Shown in pieces: positions 45,814-55,350 of a stretch of DNA of 64,000 nt. The stretch covers positions 89,872-153,871 of the forward strand of contig JANXDI010000015.1 of the NCBI GenBank assembly GCA_025059595.1, written 5' to 3'. Position numbers and translations under genes: made by a program. The notes beneath the pieces are model-generated. The model saw only the letters and a list, made by a program, of their open reading frames with translations. It was not told the origin of the DNA and made no database searches. Numbering within the stretch: position 1 is the first letter of the stretch; each line of letters starts with the position of its first letter. Source of the DNA: Candidatus Calditenuaceae archaeon. GTDB lineage: Archaea > Thermoproteota > Nitrososphaeria_A > Caldarchaeales > Calditenuaceae.

Positions 45814-47046
45814 TCAGTATGTGTTCAGGACCTTCTTGACTGCGTCAATCGAGGGCGGTATAATTCTCACGCCACTTGGCTCAGGCATCAGCTCAATAGT
45901 CTTCAACCCCGACCCAGTCACGCAACAGACAATCTCCTCGTCCCGCCCAATCTCACCCTCTTCCACTAACCTCTTCACCGCCGCCACGGATATCGCGCCT
46001 CCAGGCTCAGCGAAGACACCTTCCGTCGAGGCCAGCAGAGCGGCGGCCTCTACGCACTCGTCGTCGGTCAGCGAAACGGCCACTCCCCCACTCTCCCTGA
46101 GAACTCTTAATGCTTGGTAGCCGTCTCCAGGCTCGCCGATGGCGAGGCTCTGCACGATTGTATCAGGGTGTCTGACCGGCTTTATGGTGTCGCTCTTCTC
46201 CCTGAATGCTTGGACTATTGGTGAGCACCCGAGGGGTTGAGCGCAGGTCATGGCGACTCTGCTGTCGCTTATAAGACCGGCTTGCTCCGCCTCTCCAACC
46301 CCCTTGAATATCGCGGAGAAGAGAGCGCCACTGGCCGTCGGGACAACTATCCTGTCCGGCGTCCGCCATCCGAGCTGCTCCACAATTTCGAGCCCCATGG
46401 TCTTCGACCCCTCAACATAATACGGTCTAAGGTTAACGTTGACTATGCCCATTTCCAGCCTGTCCGCGGCGAGGGCGGCGAGCCTGTTTGCGTCGTCGTA
46501 TGTGCCCTCTACGAGGAGTAGCTGAGCCCCATAAAGGGCGGCCTGTTTAATCTTAGCCTTCTCAACGCTCTTCGGCATGAAGACATAGCAGGGAAGCCCA
46601 GCCGCAGCTGAGTGGGCCGCAGTCGCTCCGGCTAGGTTACCCGTCGAGGCGCATCCGACGGCTTTGAGGCCGAATTCCCGCGCCTTCGATATAGCTAAGC
46701 TTGAAGGCCTGTCCTTGAAACTATATGTCGGGTTCAAGGTGTCGTTCTTCAGATAAAGTTTAGTTACTCCAAGCCTCTTAGCCAGCCGCTCGGCTCTAAT
46801 TAACGGGGTGTATCCTGCTCCGATATCAACTTTATTGGATGGGTCTAGGAGGGGGAGGAACTCCCAATACCTCCACATCGAGGGCCTACGCCCCTCAATC
46901 ACGCTTCTGCTAACAGAGAATCGGCTAGGAGCATAAGAGGCCTCCAGAGCACCAAAACACTCATCGCACACATGTGCAAGTACGTGCCCGAAAGTTTTGC
47001 CGCACTCTCTACACTCGAGAAATACCAGGGCCTCGGATAGCACCAA
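45814..47046 (-). CDS. thrC: Threonine synthase family PLP enzyme with N-terminal zinc ribbon
   Basis: N-terminal CRECG...CDEC. PLP lysine motif YSFKDR. G-rich PLP phosphate loop. 410 aa. Confidence 0.75.
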   Translation of the reverse strand: MVLSEALVFLECRECGKTFGHVLAHVCDECFGALEASYAPSRFSVSRSVIEGRRPSMWRYWEFLPLLDPSNKVDIGAGYTPLIRAERLAKRLGVTKLYLKNDTLNPTYSFKDRPSSLAISKAREFGLKAVGCASTGNLAGATAAHSAAAGLPCYVFMPKSVEKAKIKQAALYGAQLLLVEGTYDDANRLAALAADRLEMGIVNVNLRPYYVEGSKTMGLEIVEQLGWRTPDRIVVPTASGALFSAIFKGVGEAEQAGLISDSRVAMTCAQPLGCSPIVQAFREKSDTIKPVRHPDTIVQSLAIGEPGDGYQALRVLRESGGVAVSLTDDECVEAAALLASTEGVFAEPGGAISVAAVKRLVEEGEIGRDEEIVCCVTGSGLKTIELMPEPSGVRIIPPSIDAVKKVLNTY

Positions 47047-47169
47047 TCACCTGACGGGAGTCTGATGTGGCAAAATATAAACCGTATCCACCCGCCCCAA
47101 GGCTCAAATGTGAAGCCCGGTGCATCGCCGGCCACATTCTTTATACCGCCGCGCATATTGTGTTTAGAC

Positions 47170-47694
47170 GTGTGTGCCGCGAGTTCTCATCGATCTTTAG
47201 CCCCCAGGAGGCTCCGGATAGCGATTATCAGGTCCAGCTCCTCGCGGTATCAGGCGATGCTGCGGGGTGAGCAGATTGTGGACGACTCTTCGGAAGCCGC
47301 CCGCATGATTCTTGAGGAGCTCGGCCACGAAGTCACGCACACAGGCCTCGTCGGCGACGACTTGATTGGAATAAGGACGCAGGTTGTGGGAGCTCTTGCG
47401 AGGGGGTTTGATGTTATAGTTGTTATAGGAGGCACCGGTTTCTCGCCGAAGGATGTTACCGTTGAGGCGATAAGGCCTCTCCTTGAGAAGGAGATTGAGG
47501 GGGTGGGGGAGATTTTTAGGCTTGAGAGTTACAGGAGAGTTGGTTTTCCGGCCGCCTTCTCGAGAAGCCTCGCCGGCGTCATCCGCGGCTCGATTATACT
47601 TGCCTTGCCGGGGTCTCCTGACGCCGTCGAGACGGCTATCCGCCTAATCGGGCCTGAGCTGCCCCACATGGTCTTTGTGGCCAGGGAGGCCTAG
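47170..47694 (+). CDS. moaB: Molybdenum cofactor biosynthesis protein MoaB/MogA family
   Basis: LRIAIIRSSSS first strand, VIVVIGGTGFSPKD, LALPGSP motifs. The track ORF starts at 47065, but the conserved N-terminus suggests a GTG start near 47170. Confidence 0.7.
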   Translation: MCAASSHRSLAPRRLRIAIIRSSSSRYQAMLRGEQIVDDSSEAARMILEELGHEVTHTGLVGDDLIGIRTQVVGALARGFDVIVVIGGTGFSPKDVTVEAIRPLLEKEIEGVGEIFRLESYRRVGFPAAFSRSLAGVIRGSIILALPGSPDAVETAIRLIGPELPHMVFVAREA

Positions 47695-47751
47695 GTGGTG
47701 AAAGGGGGAAAGTTAAAAGATTAGAGGCCTATAAACGATTCGGCTGAACTA

Positions 47752-50493
47752 ATGAATTCCCGCGGCGAGTTGAGAGAGGTTAGGAAGACTTTACAGACTC
47801 CTCATGGAGATGCGATTTACTATGACCTTCACATGCTCGAGGAAATTGGTCTCGCCAGAAATGTGGACGAGATGCCGCTTAGCCTAAAGATTCTGCTAGA
47901 GAACGTCGCTCGGAGCGCGGATAATGGTCTAGCGTCCATCGAGGATGTGGAGTTAGTCGGCCGGGCTACGACGGGTGAGGGGTTAGAGATACCTTTCATG
48001 CCCAGCCGTGCTTTGCTGCAGGACTTTACCGGCGTCCCACTTGTCGTAGACTTGGCGGCTATGAGGGAGGTCGTCGCAGCGTTCAGCGGAAACCCTGATA
48101 GGGTAAATCCGGAGATTCCCACACATCTGGTGGTCGACCACTCGATTCAGGTCGACTACTATGCCTCCAAAGACGCATTCTGGAAAAACCTCTCCCTCGA
48201 ATTTCTACGGAACAGGGAGAGGTATATCTTGCTGAAATGGGCTCAAGGCGCCTTCAGAAATTTCTACGTCGTGCCACCGGGCCGCGGTATAGTTCATCAG
48301 GTCAACTTGGAAAGTCTCGCAAGGGTCGTTGAGGTGCGGAAAGGGCCTCGAGGCCTGGTCGCGTTCCCTGATACGGTTCTCGGGACCGACTCTCATACGC
48401 CGATGGTTAATGGTCTGGGTGTGTTGGGCTGGGGGGTTGGTGGAATCGAGGCTGAGGCAGTCATGCTTGGGCAACCATACTACATGCCTATCCCCGAGGT
48501 CGTCGGCGTCAAGCTTGTAGGCGAGCTCCAGCCACCTGCAACTGCCACAGACCTAGTGCTGACCATCACGGAGGTTCTTAGAAAGAGGGGCGTCGTGGGA
48601 AAGTTCGTTGAGTTCTTCGGCCCAGGGGTCGCTACGCTCACCATACCAGATAGAGCGACAGTCTCCAACATGGCCCCCGAGTACGGCGCGACGATCGGCC
48701 TTTTCCCGATAGACAGTGCCACCCTAAAATATCTTCAAACAACGGGCAGAGAAGAAGCTCATGTCAAGCTCATTAAACATTATGCCGAGATTCAAGGCCT
48801 CTACACGACAAGCTACGACCAAGAGGCTCGGTACGGGGATGTCCTCCTAATCAATCTTTCAGAAGTAGAGCCCAGCATAGCCGGACCGGCTAACCCAGAG
48901 GACAGAATCAGACTGAGGGAGGTGAAGGAGGCTGTTTTGAAGATTTTGAGAAAAGTTAAGCCCGCCGCCGGAGTCTCTGAGAATCGTTTAAGCGTTTGGC
49001 ATGATGATGGTGGCCCAGCTGGTCAGCGACCTTTAGGGGGCGTGGGCGCCGGATTAGGCGGGGAGGAGTATGAGGTTAGGGACGGCTCGGTGGTCATAGC
49101 TGCAATTACAAGCTGCACGAACACCTCCAACCCTGCCGTTATGATAGGGGCTGGGCTCCTAGCGAGAAACGCGGTCCAACGTGGACTTAGGCGGAGGCCT
49201 TACGTGAAGACCAGCCTGGCCCCAGGCTCAGCCGTCGTGATAGACTATCTCGAGGAGTCGGGCCTCCTGGCCTACCTCTCCGAGCTCGGATTCGACGTCG
49301 TAGGATACGGCTGCACAACATGCATAGGCAACAGCGGCCCATTACAGCCCGAGGTCGAGGAGGCAATAAGGAAAAAGGACCTTTTCGCGGTGGCGGTCTT
49401 GAGTGGAAATAGAAACTTCGAGGGGCGGATACATCCGTCCGTGAAGGCAAGCTTCCTAGCCTCACCTATACTCGTAGTGGCCTACGCGATCGCAGGTAGA
49501 ATCGACATCGACTTCAACAACGAGCCACTAGGTAGAGGCAGAGACGGCAGGCCCGTTTTCCTGAAGGACATTTGGCCCGACCAGTCAGAGATTAGAAGAA
49601 TAATGGAGGATGAAATCAGAGCGGAGATGTTTAGGAAAAGATATGGTGAAATTTTTACTGGCGTCGGAGAGTGGGAGGAGCTCAAACCCGCGTCGACCCC
49701 CACATTCAGCTGGGACCCCTCCTCAACCTACATCAGGAAACCACCTTACTTCGAGGAGTTTCAGAGAGAGCCGGCCCCCCTGACAGATATCCTAGGCGCG
49801 AGGGCCCTTGTATTGCTGGGAGACCGCGTTACCACTGACCACATCTCGCCAGCCGGGGCCATCCCCCCCAACAGCCCAGCGGGTCTCTACCTGAGGAGCC
49901 TCGGAGTCGACCCAACCGAGTTCAACACTTACGGCTCAAGGAGGGGGAACCACGAAGTGATGATTAGGGGAACATTCGCTAATCACCGCCTAAGAAATCA
50001 TCTTTTGCCGGACGGTGAGGGCTGGTGGACAATCCACTTCCCGGACGGAGATAAGATGACGGTTTATGAGGCGGCTATGAGGTATAAGAGCGAGGGCGTG
50101 CCCCTTATCGTTCTCGCGGGTAAGCAGTATGGCGCTGGGAGCTCGCGGGACTGGGCGGCCAAGGGCACGAGGCTGCTGGGGGTCAGGGCGGTTATCGCTG
50201 AGAGCTTCGAGAGAATTCACCGCAGCAACTTGGTTGGAATGGGTGTGCTTCCGCTCCAGTTTAAGGAGGGTGAGGGTTGGAGGCAGCTCGGTCTAACAGG
50301 CTCAGAAACCTACGACATTAAGCTCGGCCAACTACATCCAAAAAAGACGGTCGAAGTCATCGCCAAGAGGGATGACGGGGCAGCAACCTCATTCGAGACA
50401 ATCATCAGGCTGGACACCTCCACCGAGATAGAATATTACAGGCACGGAGGAATACTTCCTTACGTAGTCAGGAGGATAATCGGGAGCTCTTGA
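47752..50493 (+). CDS. acnA: Aconitate hydratase A
   Basis: 913 aa. Fe-S ligand Cys motifs SCTNTSNP and GCTTCIGNSG. Conserved SRRGNHEVM. Confidence 0.92.
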   Translation: MNSRGELREVRKTLQTPHGDAIYYDLHMLEEIGLARNVDEMPLSLKILLENVARSADNGLASIEDVELVGRATTGEGLEIPFMPSRALLQDFTGVPLVVDLAAMREVVAAFSGNPDRVNPEIPTHLVVDHSIQVDYYASKDAFWKNLSLEFLRNRERYILLKWAQGAFRNFYVVPPGRGIVHQVNLESLARVVEVRKGPRGLVAFPDTVLGTDSHTPMVNGLGVLGWGVGGIEAEAVMLGQPYYMPIPEVVGVKLVGELQPPATATDLVLTITEVLRKRGVVGKFVEFFGPGVATLTIPDRATVSNMAPEYGATIGLFPIDSATLKYLQTTGREEAHVKLIKHYAEIQGLYTTSYDQEARYGDVLLINLSEVEPSIAGPANPEDRIRLREVKEAVLKILRKVKPAAGVSENRLSVWHDDGGPAGQRPLGGVGAGLGGEEYEVRDGSVVIAAITSCTNTSNPAVMIGAGLLARNAVQRGLRRRPYVKTSLAPGSAVVIDYLEESGLLAYLSELGFDVVGYGCTTCIGNSGPLQPEVEEAIRKKDLFAVAVLSGNRNFEGRIHPSVKASFLASPILVVAYAIAGRIDIDFNNEPLGRGRDGRPVFLKDIWPDQSEIRRIMEDEIRAEMFRKRYGEIFTGVGEWEELKPASTPTFSWDPSSTYIRKPPYFEEFQREPAPLTDILGARALVLLGDRVTTDHISPAGAIPPNSPAGLYLRSLGVDPTEFNTYGSRRGNHEVMIRGTFANHRLRNHLLPDGEGWWTIHFPDGDKMTVYEAAMRYKSEGVPLIVLAGKQYGAGSSRDWAAKGTRLLGVRAVIAESFERIHRSNLVGMGVLPLQFKEGEGWRQLGLTGSETYDIKLGQLHPKKTVEVIAKRDDGAATSFETIIRLDTSTEIEYYRHGGILPYVVRRIIGSS

Positions 50494-50520
50494 ACATCAC
50501 AGGACCATGAGAGCCTGTCT

Positions 50521-50694
50521 CTAGAGGCGCTCCTTTAAACTCCTAATCCACCTGTAGCTCCGCCACCGCTTAGATGCCCCGAACCCGCAGTGGGCGCACC
50601 TCCCCCTTCTAAAGTTGAATGACCGGCGGCCGCACCTTCTACACCGCCCATGGGTGGGCGTCTTGAACTTACCCATCGAGGGCGTGCCCTTCAT
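50521..50694 (-). CDS. rpl37e: 50S ribosomal protein L37e
   Basis: Hand translation [57 protein letters not shown] has the L37e C4 zinc ribbon and MGKGTPS start. The ATG overlaps the Sm gene stop (ATGA). Missed by the ORF track (57 aa). Confidence 0.8.
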   Translation of the reverse strand: MKGTPSMGKFKTPTHGRCRRCGRRSFNFRRGRCAHCGFGASKRWRSYRWIRSLKERL

Positions 50695-50942
50695 GTCCCG
50701 CTGACCTCCTCCCTAAGCTGTGAAGGTGAAATCATGACTATGTTGTCGCCCCTAACCACGATGAGGCCTAGCTTCACCGAGTTATTCTCGCCCCTGACCT
50801 CCTCAGCCCCCTCAAGAACTAGGTTCATATGCTGGTCATAACCCCTCAACTGTCCGCGAATAGCCCTTCCATTTCTCAGCTTAACCAGCACGGTCCCTCC
50901 AAGCGACTTGGCCAGCATCTTCAACGAAACGTCTGTGGACAA
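50691..50942 (-). CDS. Sm-like archaeal protein (SmAP/LSm)
   Basis: Sm1/Sm2 motifs ([29 protein letters not shown]...[11 protein letters not shown]). Confidence 0.85.
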   Translation of the reverse strand: MSTDVSLKMLAKSLGGTVLVKLRNGRAIRGQLRGYDQHMNLVLEGAEEVRGENNSVKLGLIVVRGDNIVMISPSQLREEVSGT

Positions 50943-51083
50943 CCCTAGCCACTATTCTTTCAGAAACTCTGCTTTTAAAGTTTCCCACCCACAGTGGTCA
51001 TCACCGTGTTTATCAGTGTGCAAACGAGGCCCCCAAATCTTAAATCCTAAATACATAGCCCATTCTCACAACTTTGAAGAACC

Positions 51084-52037
51084 GTGGTGAAGATTCTAAG
51101 CGAGAGTGAAGTGGAAGCATTAGTCTCTGTTGAGGAGCTGTTCGACAAGGTCGCTGAAGCCTTCAAGACTCTAAGCCTCGGCGAGTTGCTGATGCCCCCG
51201 CGGGAAAGGATTAGAGTCGAGGGATTTGGTGACATACTGCTTATGCCATGCCTAGCTCAAAGCCTCGGTGTCTTCTCCCTGAAGGTCGTCTCCGTATATC
51301 CGAGAAACATCGAGTTGGGGTTACCCACCACAAACGCCGCGGTCTTGGTGGTCAACCCTGAAAACGGCGTCCCAGAGCTCGTGGCCGAGGCCAAGGCTTT
51401 GACCGGGCTTAGGACTGCGGCGGCCACCGCACTATCGGTGAGATACCTGGCGAGGAGAGATGCCTCAAGGCTCGGAATAATAGGGTGCGGATACCAAGCC
51501 GGTTGGCAGCTAAAGATAACGAGCCGTGTCATGAAGACTGAACAGATTTTGGTCCACGACCTGTATAGAGAGAGGGCGGAGAGGCTCGCCGACGAGTTTA
51601 GAGCCAGAACAGGTATTGATGTGAGGGTCTGCCTCAACGCCCAGGAGCTGGTCGAGGCTTGTGATGTAATTATAACGGCGACCACGAGTAAGACCCCGGT
51701 GGTCTGGAAGGACTGGGTGAGGCCGGGCACACACATCTCGGCCATAGGGGCCTACACACCTGAGATGGCGGAGATAGACCCGCGGGTGTTGGCTTCCGCC
51801 AAGTTGGTCGTCGACTCCCTTAAAGCGGCGAGGGAGGAGGCGGGAGACATAATTCAGGCCGTGAATGCAGGTCTGATAAGATGGGATAACGTTTACGGCG
51901 AGATAGGGGAGATTATTGCGGGGAGGAAGCCCGGACGCCTCCGAGAGGACGAGGTGACGGTCTTCAAGACTGTGGGAACTGCGGCCCAAGATGCCGCGGT
52001 CGCATCTATACTTCTCTCGAAAACGAGGAGCCGCTAG
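51084..52037 (+). CDS. Ornithine cyclodeaminase/mu-crystallin family protein (archaeal alanine dehydrogenase-like)
   Basis: Rossmann motif IIGCGYQAGWQL and OCD-family length (317 aa). Confidence 0.75.
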   Translation: MVKILSESEVEALVSVEELFDKVAEAFKTLSLGELLMPPRERIRVEGFGDILLMPCLAQSLGVFSLKVVSVYPRNIELGLPTTNAAVLVVNPENGVPELVAEAKALTGLRTAAATALSVRYLARRDASRLGIIGCGYQAGWQLKITSRVMKTEQILVHDLYRERAERLADEFRARTGIDVRVCLNAQELVEACDVIITATTSKTPVVWKDWVRPGTHISAIGAYTPEMAEIDPRVLASAKLVVDSLKAAREEAGDIIQAVNAGLIRWDNVYGEIGEIIAGRKPGRLREDEVTVFKTVGTAAQDAAVASILLSKTRSR

Positions 52038-52673
52038 CTATTCACGGTGCCTTACGTGCCCGAGTACAACATATTCCACAGCATCACACACGTAAGTCGC
52101 GTGGTCCGCAATCCTCTCCAGGTTCCTAAGCGCGAGAACGACTGCGACATCGCACTCCCGTGTGCCGTCTCTCTCAAGCGTGATAGCCCTGAGTCTATCC
52201 CTATAAATCTCGTCAATTTTCTCATCCATCATCTTCACCTGCCGCGCCGCCTCGATGTCAAGCTTCTGGAACGCTTGAAGACTCTTCTTCAGCATCTCCC
52301 CCACCATGTAGCCGGCCTCAGAAATGGGGGTTAGGTCGCATTCAAGAAGCGCACCAAGCATCCGACTGCTTCTAGTAATCTCGAGAGAGTATCTCCCCAT
52401 CCTCAGAACATCGTAGGAGACGTTAGTGCAGGACCTGATGTAGCGGAGGTCCTTTGCGACGGGCTGGTATCTCGCTATGAGCTCTGTTACTATGTCGCTT
52501 ACCTCTTCGTAAAGGTCTCTGAGCTTCCTCGCATATTCATACACCTCCCTCTCCACGTCAGTATATTTGAGTAGGCCTTCGATACTTTTGTTGTAGGAGT
52601 CTATCCCCAAGTTGAACATCTCCTCGACTTTCCTCGACAGTAGCTGGAGACCCATGTCAAGTATCCTGCTCAA
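52038..52673 (-). CDS. phoU: Phosphate transport system regulator PhoU
   Basis: Two PhoU repeats. LERIADHATYVCDAV motif. Last gene of the pst operon. Confidence 0.85.
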   Translation of the reverse strand: MSRILDMGLQLLSRKVEEMFNLGIDSYNKSIEGLLKYTDVEREVYEYARKLRDLYEEVSDIVTELIARYQPVAKDLRYIRSCTNVSYDVLRMGRYSLEITRSSRMLGALLECDLTPISEAGYMVGEMLKKSLQAFQKLDIEAARQVKMMDEKIDEIYRDRLRAITLERDGTRECDVAVVLALRNLERIADHATYVCDAVEYVVLGHVRHRE

Positions 52674-52679
52674 AGCATC

Positions 52680-53528
52680 TCAACCTATGCGGCCGCTAAT
52701 GTAGTCCTCGGTCCTCTTATCCTTAGGGTTGGTGAAGATCTCCTTTGTGGGCCCGAACTCTATAATTCTGCCAATCATATCATCGTCTGGCATCATGACC
52801 GTCGTATAATCCGAGGCGCGGGCAGCCTGAAGCATGTTGTGCGTCACGATTATGATAGTGTACTCATCCTTTATCGAGCGTAGAAGCGACTCTATTCTAG
52901 CCGTGGATATGGGGTCGAGTGAGACCGTAGGCTCGTCGAGCAGCAGGACCTCAGGGTCTATAGCTAAGGCACGGGCGATACAGAGCCTCTGCTGCTGTCC
53001 ACCTGAAAGACTGTAGGCATGTGCGTTAAGCCTGTCCTTAACCTCGTCCCACAGGGCAGCCTTGATAAGCGCGTCCTTCACTTTGTTGTAGAGCTCATCC
53101 TTCGTGAGCTTGAATCCATTAACCCGTAGGCCAAAGGCCACGTTATCAAAGATGCTGAAGGGGAAGGGGTTTGGCCTCTGAAAGACCATCGAGATTCGTG
53201 AGCGTATAAAGACCGGGTCCACGTCCTTAGAGTAGACGTCCGTCCCGTTGAAGTAGACCCTCCCGTAAACCTTGGCCCCGGGAACGAGGTCGTTCATCCT
53301 GTTTATGGACCTAAGAAGAGTTGACTTGCCGCAGCCGGAGGGCCCGATGATGGCTGTAATGTAGTGCCTCTTGAATGAAACGCTAATGTTGTCTATCGCT
53401 ATCTTATTCCCATAAACTACCCTTACATTCTCTACTCTTACGACTTCAGGTTCAGATGAATCAGTCATCTCATCTTTACCTTGTTCAAGATACTCTGTCA
53501 ACAGCTGATTATATGACTTTATCGTCAC
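52680..53528 (-). CDS. pstB: Phosphate ABC transporter ATP-binding protein PstB
   Basis: Walker [10 protein letters not shown], signature [15 protein letters not shown], Walker [12 protein letters not shown]. Confidence 0.9.
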   Translation of the reverse strand: MTIKSYNQLLTEYLEQGKDEMTDSSEPEVVRVENVRVVYGNKIAIDNISVSFKRHYITAIIGPSGCGKSTLLRSINRMNDLVPGAKVYGRVYFNGTDVYSKDVDPVFIRSRISMVFQRPNPFPFSIFDNVAFGLRVNGFKLTKDELYNKVKDALIKAALWDEVKDRLNAHAYSLSGGQQQRLCIARALAIDPEVLLLDEPTVSLDPISTARIESLLRSIKDEYTIIIVTHNMLQAARASDYTTVMMPDDDMIGRIIEFGPTKEIFTNPKDKRTEDYISGRIG

Positions 53529-54415
53529 AGCTGACCCAACCTCCTAGTCAAAAACTGCCTCAAGCCTATAACTGCGCCGTTGAGGCTTAAAAGTATCAGC
53601 AGCAAAACTATAATGCCGGCGGATGACAGTTCTATGAAGGCCGGCTGTGGCCGGCTTATCCAGTTGTAGAGCTGGAGCGGCATGACGGTGAACCGGCTGA
53701 AGAGGGAGGTGGGGTCCTCTCTAATGAAAAGCAACCCACTCACCACAAGAATAGGGGCCGCCTCGCCCAGAGCACGGCTGATCCCCAGAATACCGCCCGT
53801 GAGCATCATGGGCAGAGCCCTAGGGAGAGAGACGTGGCGCACAACCTGAAACGTCGTCGCTCCCAGAGCGTAGGCACCCTGCCTCAAATCATCCGGAACG
53901 GTTTTCAAGGCTTCGACACAGGTAACGGTCACTAATGGTAGTATCAAGATAGCTAGAGTAAATGCGCCCGTAATTATTGTCCTCCCCATTCCGAGCCAGT
54001 ATGCCAAGAAACCCAGACCGACCACGCCGAAGATGATGGAGGGGACTCCGGCGAGGTTTGATATGTTATAGCTCAGGATGGACGAGAACCTTCCCCCTCT
54101 CGAATACTCGACGAGATAAATCGCAGTTGCTATGCTGAGCGGGATGCAAATGACGGCCGCCAAGCCCACCGTGAATATGCTTCCCAGTATCGCGGACCTC
54201 ATCCCCGCCTCATTCGGGTTAGCAGAAGGGTAGTTCAGAATGATGATGGGGGATAGCCTGTGACCACCCCAAGTCACGACGGTGACGAGTAGCGCGGCGA
54301 GCGTCGCCAAGGCTATAAAAACGGCGACGCTGAGGATGATTGGGAGTGCTTTATCGACGAACTTTCTAAACCTCAAACCCGACCTTCTGGCCCCACTTAA
54401 TACTTGATGGCCCAT
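53525..54415 (-). CDS. pstA: Phosphate ABC transporter permease PstA
   Basis: Six-TM permease with EAA-like loop. Position is between pstC and pstB. Confidence 0.8.
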   Translation of the reverse strand: MGHQVLSGARRSGLRFRKFVDKALPIILSVAVFIALATLAALLVTVVTWGGHRLSPIIILNYPSANPNEAGMRSAILGSIFTVGLAAVICIPLSIATAIYLVEYSRGGRFSSILSYNISNLAGVPSIIFGVVGLGFLAYWLGMGRTIITGAFTLAILILPLVTVTCVEALKTVPDDLRQGAYALGATTFQVVRHVSLPRALPMMLTGGILGISRALGEAAPILVVSGLLFIREDPTSLFSRFTVMPLQLYNWISRPQPAFIELSSAGIIVLLLILLSLNGAVIGLRQFLTRRLGQL

Positions 54416-55320
54416 CTCTTCACCACCCTAATGCCAATATAATTCAAGACGGCCGTTATGAGTAGTAGGAAGAGGCCCACAGCGAATAGCGATTGATACT
54501 CTATCGTCCCGTGGGGTGCGTCACCCGTCGCGACCTGCGCGATATACGCCGTCATAGTCTCCATAGCCTCTCCGACGTTGAACGTTAAGACGCTTCTAAA
54601 CCCGCCCGCGATAGCGGCGATCATCGTCTCGCCCATGGCCCTCGCGAAGGCAAGTATAATGGAGGCCGAGACGCCGGAGAGTGCTGCTGGGAATACGACG
54701 CGTAGGGCGACGTCGGACTTCCTCGACCCCAGGGCATAGGCGGCATGTCTTAAGTCTAGGGGGACTGCGTTCATGGCGTCGTCGCTTATAGATGCTACGA
54801 TTGGAATTATCAGGATACCAATCATGAGTCCAACTGCTAAGGCGTTGTGAATCTGAAGCCCCTCCCAAAGATTCCTCAAGATGTTAGGCGTGATAAAGTA
54901 GAGCGCAAAGTAGCCGTAGACGACCGTCGGTATTCCAGCAAGTGTTTCGACTGCAGGTTTAACAACGGACCTTAAGGCAGGCGAGGCGTATTCGCTCAGG
55001 AATAATGCTATCATCACTCCTATGGGAGCCGCCACTGTTATTGCTATCAGAGAAGTGATGATCGTCGCATTAAGTAAAGGGAGTACTCCAAAGTGTTTCT
55101 CCGCAAAGAGCGCAGTCCACTTGGTGTGTGTGAGAAACTCGGCTACAGACACGTGTGTAAAGAAGTTAAAAGACTCTAGACCAAGTGTTACGAATATCAC
55201 TATTAGTGAGATAGTTGATACTAAAGTCGCTGAAAGAAAAATGAAATAAAAAAAGCTGTTTGTGCGTTTCCTCCTCTCAGTACCCCGCTTAAGCTCCTCA
55301 AGGCTCGCCATCACAGTCAT
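54397..55320 (-). CDS. pstC: Phosphate ABC transporter permease PstC
   Basis: Six-TM permease downstream of pstS. Overlaps pstA by 19 nt. Confidence 0.8.
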   Translation of the reverse strand: MTVMASLEELKRGTERRKRTNSFFYFIFLSATLVSTISLIVIFVTLGLESFNFFTHVSVAEFLTHTKWTALFAEKHFGVLPLLNATIITSLIAITVAAPIGVMIALFLSEYASPALRSVVKPAVETLAGIPTVVYGYFALYFITPNILRNLWEGLQIHNALAVGLMIGILIIPIVASISDDAMNAVPLDLRHAAYALGSRKSDVALRVVFPAALSGVSASIILAFARAMGETMIAAIAGGFRSVLTFNVGEAMETMTAYIAQVATGDAPHGTIEYQSLFAVGLFLLLITAVLNYIGIRVVKRWAIKY

Positions 55321-55350
55321 CAGTAATCTACTCCCTCTAACTATTTGTGT

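Noticed and set aside
47065-47169. N-terminal 35 codons of the track ORF for moaB
   Set aside because: The conserved MoaB first beta-strand (LRIAII) begins later. The upstream extension has no homology-like features and overlaps the thrC-like gene's upstream region, so a later GTG start is preferred.
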